A stretch of 64,000 nt of DNA from an uncultured Pseudomonadota bacterium. Lineage in GTDB: Bacteria > Myxococcota_A > Polyangia > Fen-1088. This document shows, in pieces, positions 1 to 9,525 of this stretch. The translations under genes and the position numbers were made by a program. The notes beneath the pieces were generated by a model. It was not told where the DNA came from. It saw nothing but the letters and a program-made list of their open reading frames with translations, and did no database searches. The DNA lies in the NCBI GenBank assembly GCA_963737345.1, contig CAVTSM010000003.1, positions 1,113,616 through 1,177,615 of the forward strand. The letters are read 5' to 3'. The stretch's first letter is position 1. Each line of letters begins with the position of its first letter.

Positions 1-2
1 GG

Positions 3-2420
3 CTCGTCGGACGCGAGCGCGCCGCGTGGCTGAAGGACGTCGTATCGCTCTTCCTCGATCCGATGGCGGTGATGTTGCTCGTGGCTGCGGGCGTCTACTT
101 CCTGCTCGGCGAACGACGAGACGCCATCGTGATGCTGGCCGCCCTGGTCCCCGTCATCGGCGTGGACGTCTTCCTCGAAGCACGGTCCCGCGCTGCATTG
201 AAGAAGCTCGCGAAGAGCGTCGCGCCACGGGCGCTCGTCATCCGCGACGGTCGAGAGAGCACGGTCGACACCGCCGATCTGGTCCCAGGGGATCTGTTGG
301 TGCTGGCCGAAGGAGAGTTCATTCACGCCGACGGCATGGTCCGGTCCGCGGCCAACCTCGCCATCGATGAGTCGTCGTTGACCGGTGAGTCCGAACCGCA
401 GGTCAAGCGCCCCATTCGAGCGGCAGGAATCGAAATCGCGCCCAGTGAGGCGCGGTTCTATGCCGGCTCGGTCGTGCTGGCCGGCCACGGTACCGGCGAG
501 ATCGTCGCCACCGGGCGCAGCACGCGCTTCGGGGAGCTCGCGCGGCTGGTTGCCGACGCGGACACGACACAGACGCCGCTTCAGCGCCGGGTGGGCCGTC
601 TCGTCAAGAAGCTCGCCGTGGTGGCGGGCGCGGTCGCATTGGCCGTCGTGGTGCTCGGCCGCTGGCGCGGCCTGGCCTGGGGCGAAGCTCTGCTGGGTGG
701 GATCAGCATCGCCATGTCGGCCGCTCCAGAAGAGTTCCCGCTGGTGTTCACGCTCTTCCTCAGCATGGGCGCTTGGCGCCTCACCAAGCGCGGTGTGCTG
801 GTTCGCCGCCTGGCCAGCGTCGAGACGCTCGGCTCGACGACCGTGATCTGCACGGACAAGACAGGAACGCTCACGCAGGGTCAGTTCGTCCTCGAGCAAG
901 TCGTTCCCCTGGGCGGCGCGACGCTGCTCGAGCTTCTCGAGGCGTCGGTGCTGGCCTCGGAGGTTCCGCCCAGCGATCCGATGGAAAGGGCGATCCGGGC
1001 CTACGCGACGGCGCACGGCCTCGACGTCCAGAAGCTGACGGGGAGCTCGACGCTCGTCCGCGACCACGACTTCGATCCCGTTGGAAAGCACATGTCCCAC
1101 GTCTGGTCGCCGGCCGACGGCTCGACGGCGATCCGGATCGCCGCCAAAGGCGCGCTCGAAGGAATCCTGGAACATGCCACTTCAGGCACCCCGGAGCGCG
1201 CGGCCGTCGAAGCCGCGCACACGCAGCTGGCGTCGGAGGGCTTCCGGGTGCTCGCGGTGGCGGGACGCAGCGCCCCCACTGGAGGGCAAGGCACCAGGCA
1301 GGAGGACGAACGTGACCTCCGCGTCGTCGGCCTGCTGGGGTTTCGCGACCCAATGCGCCCGGAAGTCCCGGGAGCCGTCCGGGAATGCCAGGCTGCGGGC
1401 GTCCGGATCAAGGTGGTGACCGGCGACCACGCCCTGACGGCTCACGCGATCGCCGAGGCCGCAGGCATTGTCCACCGCGACGACGCGATCGTCACGGGCG
1501 AGCAACTCGCGAACGCCAACGAGGGCGCGCGCCGCCGTTTGATCGTCGACGCAGCGATCCTGTCCCGGATCTCTCCCGCCCAAAAGCACCTGATCGTGCA
1601 GACGCTGCAGAGCGAGGGCGAAATCGTCGCGATGACCGGAGACGGCATCAACGACGCGCCGGCGCTGAGGCGCGCCGACATCGGCGTCAGCATGGGCAAG
1701 CGCGGCACCGACGTCGCTCGCGCCGCCGCCGACTTGGTCCTGCTCGACGACGACTTCGCTTCAATCGTCGCCGCCGTGGCCGCGGGGCGGAAGATCTTCC
1801 TCGACATCCAGCGGGCGTTTCTCTACCTCATCGCCTTCCACATCCCGATCGTCGGACTGGCGCTGCTCCCACCGATTGCTGGCCTCCCGCTGCTCCTGAT
1901 GCCGCTGCACCTGGTCTGGATGGAGCTCATCGTTCATCCCGTCTCGGCGCTGCTGTTCCAGGGTGACGCACCGCCCGCCGATCTGATGCGCCGCCCTCCC
2001 CGCGATCCCAAGGCACCGATGCTCCCCCGCACCTCGGTTCTCCGTTCGGCCGTCTCGGGCGCGCTGTTGACGATCGCCGTCTTCGCGCTCTACGCGTCGA
2101 ACGCCCTCGGAAGCGCTGACCACGCCCGAGCCATGGCCCTGGCCACGCTCATTGTCGGCTACCAGATCCTCGCGCTGGTCGAGCGCGCGACGTCCGCTCA
2201 GGGACCGAGCGCCTTCCTGCCTCGTTCGTTCCGTTTCTGGATCATCTGGGGCGCCGCCGGGATCAGCCTTCCGATCCTGATGTATGTTCCGAGCACAGCG
2301 ACCCTGTTCAGCATCGCTCCCCTGTCCGCGCGCGGATGGCTGATCGCAGCCGCTGCCGCCTTCGCCGCGGTTGGATGGCGCATCGTCCTCGCGCTCCGAC
2401 CGCGCGGCCAGGCCCGCTGA
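3..2420 (+). CDS. cation-transporting P-type ATPase, N-terminus off-window
   Basis: The frame is open from base 3, and LVGRERAAWLKDVVSLFLDP precedes the ORF-track Met, so the start lies upstream of the window. Motifs seen: LTGESEP actuator, CTDKTGTLT phosphorylation site, MTGDGINDAPAL hinge, and C-terminal TM helices. Confidence 0.9.
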   Translation, partial: LVGRERAAWLKDVVSLFLDPMAVMLLVAAGVYFLLGERRDAIVMLAALVPVIGVDVFLEARSRAALKKLAKSVAPRALVIRDGRESTVDTADLVPGDLLVLAEGEFIHADGMVRSAANLAIDESSLTGESEPQVKRPIRAAGIEIAPSEARFYAGSVVLAGHGTGEIVATGRSTRFGELARLVADADTTQTPLQRRVGRLVKKLAVVAGAVALAVVVLGRWRGLAWGEALLGGISIAMSAAPEEFPLVFTLFLSMGAWRLTKRGVLVRRLASVETLGSTTVICTDKTGTLTQGQFVLEQVVPLGGATLLELLEASVLASEVPPSDPMERAIRAYATAHGLDVQKLTGSSTLVRDHDFDPVGKHMSHVWSPADGSTAIRIAAKGALEGILEHATSGTPERAAVEAAHTQLASEGFRVLAVAGRSAPTGGQGTRQEDERDLRVVGLLGFRDPMRPEVPGAVRECQAAGVRIKVVTGDHALTAHAIAEAAGIVHRDDAIVTGEQLANANEGARRRLIVDAAILSRISPAQKHLIVQTLQSEGEIVAMTGDGINDAPALRRADIGVSMGKRGTDVARAAADLVLLDDDFASIVAAVAAGRKIFLDIQRAFLYLIAFHIPIVGLALLPPIAGLPLLLMPLHLVWMELIVHPVSALLFQGDAPPADLMRRPPRDPKAPMLPRTSVLRSAVSGALLTIAVFALYASNALGSADHARAMALATLIVGYQILALVERATSAQGPSAFLPRSFRFWIIWGAAGISLPILMYVPSTATLFSIAPLSARGWLIAAAAAFAAVGWRIVLALRPRGQAR

Positions 2421-2507
2421 GTTCCGCAGACGCCTCCCGTTTCGGAGCTGCCTGCTTGGCGGCGGCCAGGGGTACTTGCCGGTACACGACGTTGGTGGAG
2501 ACGAGAG

Positions 2508-3596
2508 ATGGCGATCCCTGGATGGCGATTGATGCGTTTCGCGGCCGTGCTGGCCGCGCTCGTGCTGGGCGGCGGCTGCGTCGGCCAGATTGGTGGCGCG
2601 GAAAACGATTCCACGCCGGGCAGCGGAACTGGAGGGCCGAGCAGCTCCTCGGGGGGCGCCACGGCGAGCGACGGTTCGACCGCGTCCATGGAGACCGGCG
2701 GCTCGATCGGCGCGTCAGGAACCGGCGGTTCGACCGGATCCGCCGCGACGGGCGGCTCAATCGGCTCACCAGCGAGCGGCGGTTCGACGGGATCCACGGC
2801 GACCGGTGGTTCGGCCGGCGCGACGACGGTGGCGACCGACCTGCCGTGTGAGGTGGCCACGCTGCTCGCGAACAAGTGCGCCACCTGTCACGGACCGCAT
2901 CCCGCGGGGGGCGCACCGATGTCGCTGACGAATTACGCCCAGATGATGGCCCCGGCGATCTCCGATCACACGAAGACGATGGCGGTGGTCGCGGTGGCCC
3001 GGATGATGAACACCACCGCGCCAATGCCGCCCGTCGCCTACCCACAGGCCACTGCCGCTGAAATCAGCGCGGTGCAGAGCTGGATCTCGGCTGGCTATCC
3101 GACGACTGGCTGTTCCGCGGTGACGGCCACGAACCCTCCGGACGCCGGAATGCCACCGCCCGATCCGTTCTCGGTCGCGCCAACCTGCACCAGCCACAAG
3201 ACGTGGACGGGAGGTACGGAAGGATCGGGCTCGATGCAACCCGGGGTGGCGTGTATCAACTGCCACAAGTCATCCGGTGGCGAGGCGCCGCGGTTCACGA
3301 TCGCGGGAACGCTGTATCCGACGGCGCACGAGCCCAACCAGTGCAACGGCGTGAACGGCAGCACGGCTGGCGCGAAGGTCGTGATCACGGACGCCAACCA
3401 GAAGGTCGTCACCCTGACCCCCAACAGCGCCGGGAACTTCTATTACACCGGCACGGTTGCGACCCCGTTCCACGCCAAGATTACCGACATGAACGGCGAG
3501 CGGGACATGGTGGCCGCGCAGACCTCAGGCGACTGTAACTCCTGCCATACGCAGAATGGCACCATGTCGGCACCGGGCCGGATGATCCTGCCCTGA
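2508..3596 (+). CDS. secreted lipoprotein with three CxxCH haem-c motifs (putative multihaem cytochrome c)
   Basis: Signal peptide with lipobox (LVLGGGC). A Gly/Ser/Thr-rich linker with GGS(I/T)G repeats follows, then CATCH, CINCH and CNSCH motifs. Codons are GC3-rich. Confidence 0.7.
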   Translation: MAIPGWRLMRFAAVLAALVLGGGCVGQIGGAENDSTPGSGTGGPSSSSGGATASDGSTASMETGGSIGASGTGGSTGSAATGGSIGSPASGGSTGSTATGGSAGATTVATDLPCEVATLLANKCATCHGPHPAGGAPMSLTNYAQMMAPAISDHTKTMAVVAVARMMNTTAPMPPVAYPQATAAEISAVQSWISAGYPTTGCSAVTATNPPDAGMPPPDPFSVAPTCTSHKTWTGGTEGSGSMQPGVACINCHKSSGGEAPRFTIAGTLYPTAHEPNQCNGVNGSTAGAKVVITDANQKVVTLTPNSAGNFYYTGTVATPFHAKITDMNGERDMVAAQTSGDCNSCHTQNGTMSAPGRMILP

Positions 3597-3750
3597 CGAG
3601 AAATCGTCCTGGCTGCGGGATTCACGCGGCAGACACGCAGGGTTTGCGCTGAGTGATCACCCGAGCGCTCAATCTGCGCCGCTGCGGATGACGGCAGGGG
3701 CGGGCCTGCAGGCTTCGGCTGGCCCGCATGTTGCGTCTGGATTACCCGTG

Positions 3751-4257
3751 ATGATGACAAGCACCATTACCGAGCGCTCGTCGGATTCCTGCAGCGAACT
3801 CGAGGGGGGCCAGCACCGTCCGACGGCTGCGGCCCGCAATATTCTCGGAGCGCTGCTGGGGTTCGCCGCTCTCAACGCGTTCGCGGGCGGGTCCTACGGG
3901 CTGCTTGGTGCGAAGGGCGTTCCCAAGGACTGGCTCGAGGGCAGCCCGTTCCGGAGCTATTTCGTGCCGAGCTTGATCCTCGTCGTGATCGTCGGCGGGA
4001 GCTTCCTCTTGGCAGCCGTAGCCGTATTCAGGCGCTGGCGGCACGATCGATTCCTGACGATCGCCGCCGCCGTGGTCGTCTTCGGTTGGCTTGCCACCCA
4101 GGTCGCGATCATCGGGTACGTCTCTTGGATGCAGCCCGCCACGGCCATCGCAGGCGCGCTGGTCCTGCTGCTGGCCCAGCGGCTGCCATCACCGAGCTCG
4201 GCAGGTCGCGTGCGCCGGAGGACACGTGACGCCGCCCCACAGCACGCGGTGGAATAA
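3751..4257 (+). CDS. hypothetical integral membrane protein
   Basis: Several hydrophobic helices (ILGALLGFAALNAFAGG, LILVVIVGGSFLLAAVAVF, VVVFGWLATQVAIIGYV, AIAGALVLLLAQ). I placed the start at ATG ATG 3751; the ORF is open back to 3688. No family recognised. Confidence 0.55.
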   Translation: MMTSTITERSSDSCSELEGGQHRPTAAARNILGALLGFAALNAFAGGSYGLLGAKGVPKDWLEGSPFRSYFVPSLILVVIVGGSFLLAAVAVFRRWRHDRFLTIAAAVVVFGWLATQVAIIGYVSWMQPATAIAGALVLLLAQRLPSPSSAGRVRRRTRDAAPQHAVE

Positions 4258-4370
4258 CGAGGCGCTTATCGAATCAGCAGACTCGCGGCGCTAGCGGTTC
4301 GGCGGACGCTCGGCGTCCTCCGTGGGTCCCGAACAGCGGCAACTCACGCTGCGTCAGAATTTACTGGATC

Positions 4371-4406
4371 CGAAATGAAGAAACGCGGCCCCTGAGGTGG
4401 GGGCCG
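4371..4406 (-). terminator. hairpin plus T-rich tract just 3' of tRNA-Leu
   Basis: Stem CGGCCCC (4386-4392) pairs with GGGGCCG (4400-4406), with a 7-nt loop. On the minus strand it is followed by CGTTTCTTCATTT. Confidence 0.45.
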
Positions 4407-4434
4407 GTAAGCCTAAAAAATCGCTTACTTGCAG

Positions 4435-4517
4435 TGCGAGGACGGGGACTTGAACCCCGATGGCTGTTAACCGCTAGCACCTCAAGCTAGTGCGTCTACC
4501 AGTTCCGCCATCCTCGC
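4435..4517 (-). tRNA. tRNA-Leu (anticodon GAG)
   Basis: The reverse complement reads GCGAGGATGGCGGAACTGGTAGACGC...CTAGC-TTGAGGT-GCTAG...GGGGTTCAAGTCCCCGTCCTCGCA. It has a long variable arm, a GTTCAAGTC T-loop and a 7-bp acceptor stem, and closely resembles E. coli tRNA-Leu. CCA is not encoded. Confidence 0.9.
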
Positions 4518-4569
4518 GTTCGAAGTGCCTGTCTTTAGCGGACTTAGCGGCGGTGAGTCAACGCTTAAT

Positions 4570-4610
4570 GTGTGCGGGAACCGTCTCGAACGTCCCGCGT
4601 TCCCGCACAC
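4570..4610 (-). terminator. perfect 12-bp stem hairpin between the metallopeptidase stop and tRNA-Leu
   Basis: GTGTGCGGGAAC (4570-4581) pairs with GTTCCCGCACAC (4599-4610), with a 17-nt loop. It lies about 90 nt downstream of the minus-strand stop at 4697. There is no clean U-tract. Confidence 0.4.
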
Positions 4611-4696
4611 CGCGTCAACCGGTCAGGCTCCGGGGAGGCCGCCCACGAAACCGCGGGCGTGGGAGCTACACGACTATTCGGAGAGAGGGCGCGCGA

Positions 4697-5801
4697 TCAG
4701 GACAGGCGGTAGATGCCGTCGACCACGTGCCAGGTGGCGACGACCGTCACCTCGACGAGCTTTTCGGTGCGCTCGCTGTCGTGCACGACCATGTGCTCGG
4801 CGGTGCAGAGCGCCTGAAGCTGGCGGAGGAACCTGGTGATCACGCGCCGGTCGGAATCCGCGATCCAGCGGCTGATCCGATCGACCAGCATGTTCTGGTG
4901 CTGCTGGATGAAGCGGGCGGCGGACTGCGCGTTGGCGGTCAGCGCCGACAGGCCGCGCCCGGACGCGCCCCGGTGGCCCGGCTTGCGCTCGAAGATCTCC
5001 AGCAGGTCCTTGCGGTACTCGAGGATGTCCTGATCCAGGGCGTCGCCGATGTCGAAGTACTCGGCGACCGTCTCCTTGAGCTCGGTGTAAGGCACGCGCA
5101 GGCCCAACCGGACGTTGGGTGGATTCCCGCGGCACGCGCCTTCGATGCCCACCACGCGGTCGACGTACTCGAGCTTGGCGAACGCCACCTGCCAGTCGCG
5201 GTAGCGCCGCCGCCAGGGGCCGCCCTCGATCCACACGGCGAAAGTTTCTGCCCAGTCCTCGTCGGGGTGCTTCTGCGCGTAATGGTACATCCCGGCCCGG
5301 TGCAGATAGCGAACGTAGTCGCGGCTCCACGGGTTCGGGTTGTACATCTCGCGGTACGGGCGCCGGAAGTCACCGAAGGTCTGCGTCCAGTCGCGCCTCC
5401 GCCACAGCTCGAACGCGTAGTTGATCGCGTGTCCCGCCTCGTGGCGGAGATACATCAGCACCTCTTCGCGCGTGTACTCGAAGAGGTGGTCATTGACCAA
5501 GCCCCACAGCGCGCGGGTTCGCGAGGTACCAGGGGATGTTGATGCTGACGGCGCGGTCCGCGGTCCAGAAGTCGTCGTCGCCCAGGTAGTAGGCCGGCAC
5601 GAAGGTGATCCCTTTGGCGCGCAGCTCGCCGATGACCTGCTCTACACATTCAGCCAGGGTTCCTTCGGGCCGCAGGTCCAGATCACAGATGCGCGTGGCC
5701 AGCAGCTTCTGCTGCCCCACCTCCCGAAGTACCGTCGTCGGCAAGATCGGCGCGGCGCCGCGGGATGATCTCTGCCGGGTGCGAAGAGCCGCGACCGCCA
5801 T
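4697..5801 (-). pseudogene. putative zinc metallopeptidase (HExxH), split by one frame break near 5505
   Basis: The N-terminal ORF (5801-5490) ends ...IPWYLANPRAVGLGQ*. The C-terminal ORF (5500-4697) continues LWGLVNDHLFEYTREEVLMYLRHEAGHAINYAF. Removing one g in CGC-g-CTG gives a continuous ANPRLWGLVNDH. Confidence 0.75.
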
Positions 5802-6000
5802 GGCGCCTTTCGTTTATCATGCCCCCTGCCCTCCGGCCCGCCAAAACCTTTACAAAAATATTCCCGCGATTGCGGCCGGCTATCACCTTAATTTCATTTG
5901 GCTATCTAGCATGCAAACCCGGTCCTGGAAGTTGTCATGGGCATGGGTCCCAAATGCCGTAATATCGCGACGGACCGCGGCATGAGGTTCGGGAGAAGTC

Positions 6001-6567
6001 ATGTGGCGGCGCGGGTCTAGCTGGTCTCGAGCGGCTCTGGTCATGTCCGTGTACCTGGTGCTGGCCGGGGCGGCGCTGGTGTGGGGAAACCTGCGCGGCC
6101 ACCCGGACGTCTGGCGCCTGGGCGGGGGTGAACCAGCCCTGGCGATGACGCTCGCCAGCCTGCTCTGCGGGCTGGCGGCGGGGCTCTTGGTCGTATTCCT
6201 GTCCCGTCTGGCCCTCTACCGGTACGAGTGGGCACGCGCGCTTCACCGCGAGCTGCGCCACATGCTGTTCCCCCTGACAGACGCCGAGATCGTCGTCCTG
6301 GCCGCCGCCTCGTCCGTCGGGGAAGAGCTATTTTTTCGCGGGGCGTTGATGCCCGCGGTCGGGCTGCTGCTGTCGAGCGCCATCTTCGCCCTGCTGCACA
6401 TCGGGCCCAAAGCACGCCACCTGCCCTGGACCGCCAGCTCGTTCGGGGCCGGACTGCTGTTCGGCGCGATCTTCCTGTGGACGGGCGACCTGACCGGCCC
6501 CATCGCCGCGCATTTCCTGGTGAACTACATGAACCTGCGCCACGTCGCGCAGGTCGAGCTGCGCTGA
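6001..6567 (+). CDS. CPBP-family intramembrane glutamic endopeptidase (CAAX protease/Abi-like)
   Basis: Multi-TM protein with an EELFFRG (EExxxR) motif, FALLHIG, and a C-terminal HFLVN motif. Confidence 0.8.
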   Translation: MWRRGSSWSRAALVMSVYLVLAGAALVWGNLRGHPDVWRLGGGEPALAMTLASLLCGLAAGLLVVFLSRLALYRYEWARALHRELRHMLFPLTDAEIVVLAAASSVGEELFFRGALMPAVGLLLSSAIFALLHIGPKARHLPWTASSFGAGLLFGAIFLWTGDLTGPIAAHFLVNYMNLRHVAQVELR

Positions 6568-6571
6568 GACG

Positions 6572-8635
6572 CTAGCGGCGCACCATGCCGACGGGGCGCC
6601 ATCCGCCTCCGCGCTGCCCCAGCACCAGGATCAGCATGTCGGTCTTTCCGATCGACACCGCCGAGTAGAGCTGCCCCCCGGTGTCCTCGAGATCGGGCGG
6701 AAGCTTCCCTATCGCGGCACGCAGGGCGGCCGCGGTGACCAGACGGACGGAGGTGGGGCGCTTCACGCCCTCGGACATGAGGTCGGCCAGCATGGGCTGC
6801 AGATCGCCCCGTCGCGTGACGGTCCTGCCGTTGGTCTTGAAGGGCAGCGCGGCCTGATCCAGAAGGCGGCCGAGGTCGCCGCCGGCCAGCGCGGCGAACC
6901 AGCGCAACGCCGCGTCGTTTGCCTCGGCGTCCCCCGTATTGGGAGGCGTGGCGTTCTCGGCAGCGGCCGCTGTACCGGCAGGCGAAGGCGGCGGCGCGGG
7001 GCTGCCGGCCGACTCGGCGGCGGCCACCTCGCGTTCCAGCGCGGCCCGCTTCCCGCGGTGCGCCTCGTCGCCGTCCAGACGTTGCAGGCGCCGCTCGCCT
7101 CCGGGCGGTGTGGCCGGGGCCGCGGGCGCGGCGGCCGGGCGCGGCGGATCCAGCAGCGTCGGTTTGTCGCCGGCGGCTGAAGCGTTCGCCAGGATGTACG
7201 GTTCGGCGCCCGACGTGGCGCACTGCCGTTCGTCCCGATAAAAGCGCCAGTGGACGTAGATCTTGCCGTTGGACGAGCGGATCCCGCGCGGCGGATCCGG
7301 GTACGGCCCGGCTGTGTAAGCCACGTCCACGGCCGCGACGTCGTACTCCATCAAACCCGACGAACGCGCGACCCCGATGCGATCGACGGTCCCGTCCCCA
7401 TTGAGGACAATCTCGAGCTCGGTCACCAGGTTGCGGTTGTTGAACGGGCTGGAGCCGGGCTTGTCGTCCCACTCTTCCAGCTGCCCGAAGCCCCACAGCT
7501 CGTGGATGCTCCGGTGCATGCGGGCGATGTACGCGGCGAACGGCGCGGCGCGCGTGTTCAGCGCGGTCTGGTTTCCCGGCCGCACCTCGGGGATGAAATT
7601 TTCGACGGCCGCCCGCACGCGCGCCAGCTTCTGCTGGAACTTCCCCTGGCGCGTCGAACGCGTCTGTTGCGCCAGGCGCCGCTCGGCGTCAGCGGCCGCG
7701 CCGAACATGTACTCGTAGTCCTTGGCCGACAGCGCCAGCTTCATCTTGTTGCCGTCGGGCACCTGGGCCGGGTCGCTCTTGTCGCCGCGGTCGCGCGCGA
7801 GGGCAGCGGCATCTCGCCGTCGGCCGCGTGCGGCAGCGACAGGTCGGCCGTCTCGGGCGTCAGCTCGTGGTGCTTGGGCGCTGGATCGCGAAGCGCCAGC
7901 AGCGACTTGCGCGTCTGTTCGCGCTCGTCGCGCGGCTGCGACACTTCCGGGTTCTGGTGGGGCGTCACCTCGGGCGCGCTGCGGCCCAGCAGCGACTTTT
8001 GCTCGTCGAGCTGCGCGATCTTCTGCGTCCTGCGCGCCCGGGTGATCGTCCTGGCGCTGGGACTTTGCGGACGCGGCTTGCTGCCCCTGCTGGTTCTTCA
8101 GCAGGTTGGTGTCCTCGGCGCGCGTCTCGACGGCGACGCGGTTGTTCTTCTGGGCCAGGAACTTCGCGTCGGGCGGCGGCGGAACGTCCTTGTCGTTGTC
8201 GAGGTCCACCATCTTCTCGTGCGCTTTGCGCTCGGGCGGCGGTGGCGGCGGTGGCGGCGCGGCCGGCTGGGGGGGCGGAATCGCTACCTCGGGCTCGGGC
8301 TTCGGCGGCTCCGGCTTCTTCTCCTGATTCTTCTGGGTCTGCTCCGGCGGCTTGACGGCCGGCTTCTTCGGCTTGTCTTTGTCGGGCGTCGCCTTGACGG
8401 GCGGCTCCGCCGTTTCGGGCGTCGGCTCGATGGGCGGCAGATCGTCAGGCAGCGCGGTCTGGTCGGCAGCCTGGAACGCGACGTCCACCTCCTCGGCCTT
8501 CTGCGCCTCCTCTCGCCCGCCGTACACCCAGGCCGCGATCACCAGCGGCGCGACGAGATTGAAATGCAGCAGCAGCGATATCAGTGCGCCGCGCGAAAGG
8601 GACCCGCGCGCGCGTTTTGCTAACCGCTGCTGCAT
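6572..8635 (-). CDS. TonB-like membrane-anchored protein with Pro/Lys-rich spacer and TonB_C-like domain
   Basis: N-terminal TM anchor (ALISLLLHFNLVAPLVIAAWVY), then a PPxEPKP-type proline-rich spacer. A later region resembles a TonB C-terminal fold (HRSIHELWGF...VLNGDGTVDRIGVARSSG...YVHWRF). The ORF is continuous, but 7800-8020 looks better coded in another frame (see findings). Confidence 0.6.
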   Translation of the reverse strand: MQQRLAKRARGSLSRGALISLLLHFNLVAPLVIAAWVYGGREEAQKAEEVDVAFQAADQTALPDDLPPIEPTPETAEPPVKATPDKDKPKKPAVKPPEQTQKNQEKKPEPPKPEPEVAIPPPQPAAPPPPPPPPERKAHEKMVDLDNDKDVPPPPDAKFLAQKNNRVAVETRAEDTNLLKNQQGQQAASAKSQRQDDHPGAQDAEDRAARRAKVAAGPQRARGDAPPEPGSVAAARRARTDAQVAAGASRSSAQAPRADARDGRPVAAARGRRRDAAALARDRGDKSDPAQVPDGNKMKLALSAKDYEYMFGAAADAERRLAQQTRSTRQGKFQQKLARVRAAVENFIPEVRPGNQTALNTRAAPFAAYIARMHRSIHELWGFGQLEEWDDKPGSSPFNNRNLVTELEIVLNGDGTVDRIGVARSSGLMEYDVAAVDVAYTAGPYPDPPRGIRSSNGKIYVHWRFYRDERQCATSGAEPYILANASAAGDKPTLLDPPRPAAAPAAPATPPGGERRLQRLDGDEAHRGKRAALEREVAAAESAGSPAPPPSPAGTAAAAENATPPNTGDAEANDAALRWFAALAGGDLGRLLDQAALPFKTNGRTVTRRGDLQPMLADLMSEGVKRPTSVRLVTAAALRAAIGKLPPDLEDTGGQLYSAVSIGKTDMLILVLGQRGGGWRPVGMVRR

Positions 8636-8698
8636 CGGAGGGCGTCAGCGTAGCACGCGAATCGCGCCCGGATGCAGGAACGTCGAATTGCGGTTAGC

Positions 8699-9379
8699 TC
8701 AGGCGCGCTGCATCTTTCGATAGACGCCGACCACCAGACCGATGAGGTTCACGGCCTTGAAGTCGCGCTTGCGGACGAAGATCGGCTGCATGGCCGCGTT
8801 GGCCGGCTGAAACCGGATGGTGTCGCCTTCCGGGTAGTACCGCTTCACCGTCGCCTCGTCGTTGATCATCGCGACCACGATGTCGCCCCGGTTGGCCTGC
8901 AGCTGCTTGCGCACGAAGATGTAGTCGCCGTCGAAGATGCCGTCTTCGATCATCGAGTCGCCCTTCACGCGCAGCGCGAAGACTTCCTTGGTCTGCCCGA
9001 TGAAGAAGCGATCGACCTTGACGGTGTCCTCGACGTTCTCGACGGCCAGCAGCGGCGCACCGGCCGCGACCCGCCCGATGATCGGGATCTCGACCATGTC
9101 CTCGTCGCGGGTGGGCGAGCGGACCGGGCCGCGCGGGCCGACGGGCCGCAGCGCGCGCGACTTCAAGTCTTCACGCTGCAGGTGCCCCTTCTTCTCCAGC
9201 GCGCGCAGGTGATCGTTCACGCCGTTAGTCGAGCGGATCCCGAACTGCAGGCCGATCTCGCGCAGCGTCGGCGGATATCCCCGCTCGCGGATGGACTGGG
9301 TGATGAACTCGAGGATCTCGCGCTGGCGATCCGTGAGGATGCCCCGCGTATCGTCCCGAACCAGCGTCAGCGAGCCCAT
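8699..9379 (-). CDS. lexA: LexA repressor (S24 peptidase)
   Basis: wHTH N-terminus ([12 protein letters not shown]...[10 protein letters not shown]), an AAG cleavage site (GRVAAGAP), GDSM catalytic Ser and VKRY Lys. The ATG at 9379 is preceded by GAGGAGGA; the longer ORF-track start at 9439 is unlikely. Confidence 0.92.
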   Translation of the reverse strand: MGSLTLVRDDTRGILTDRQREILEFITQSIRERGYPPTLREIGLQFGIRSTNGVNDHLRALEKKGHLQREDLKSRALRPVGPRGPVRSPTRDEDMVEIPIIGRVAAGAPLLAVENVEDTVKVDRFFIGQTKEVFALRVKGDSMIEDGIFDGDYIFVRKQLQANRGDIVVAMINDEATVKRYYPEGDTIRFQPANAAMQPIFVRKRDFKAVNLIGLVVGVYRKMQRA

Positions 9380-9412
9380 CGAATCCTCCTCGGCGTTGTG
9401 TCCGTCCCCATA

Positions 9413-9445
9413 CCTGAACATACGTAAGGTACGGAACAAATGTCC
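9413..9445. promoter_or_regulatory. two adjacent GAAC-N4-GT half-palindromes: candidate LexA operators upstream of lexA
   Basis: CCTGAACATACGTAAGG (9413-9429) matches 14 of 17 positions of the reverse complement of the M. xanthus LexA box as I remember it (CTRHAMRYBYGTTCAGS). CGGAACAAATGTCCG (9432-9446) is an imperfect palindrome resembling GAAC-N4-GTTC. Both sit 35-65 nt upstream of the lexA ATG. Confidence 0.4.
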
Positions 9446-9525
9446 GGTATGTCAAATAAATCGGCCCTCCGAGTTGGAATTTCGTACGTCCGACCGGCGG
9501 TGACGGCCGTAGTTCATCCATAGCG

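Noticed and set aside
2640-2830. Repetitive GGCGG/TCGACC-type DNA that could be mistaken for a repeat array.
   Set aside because: It encodes an in-frame Gly/Ser/Thr linker of the lipoprotein. There are no fixed-length repeats or spacers, so it is not CRISPR-like.
4435-4517. tRNA-Leu, or the tRNA-Lys/Arg pair at 37.9-38.1 kb, as integration sites of a genomic island.
   Set aside because: There is no integrase, no direct repeat of a tRNA 3' end, and no obvious compositional shift next to any of the three tRNAs.
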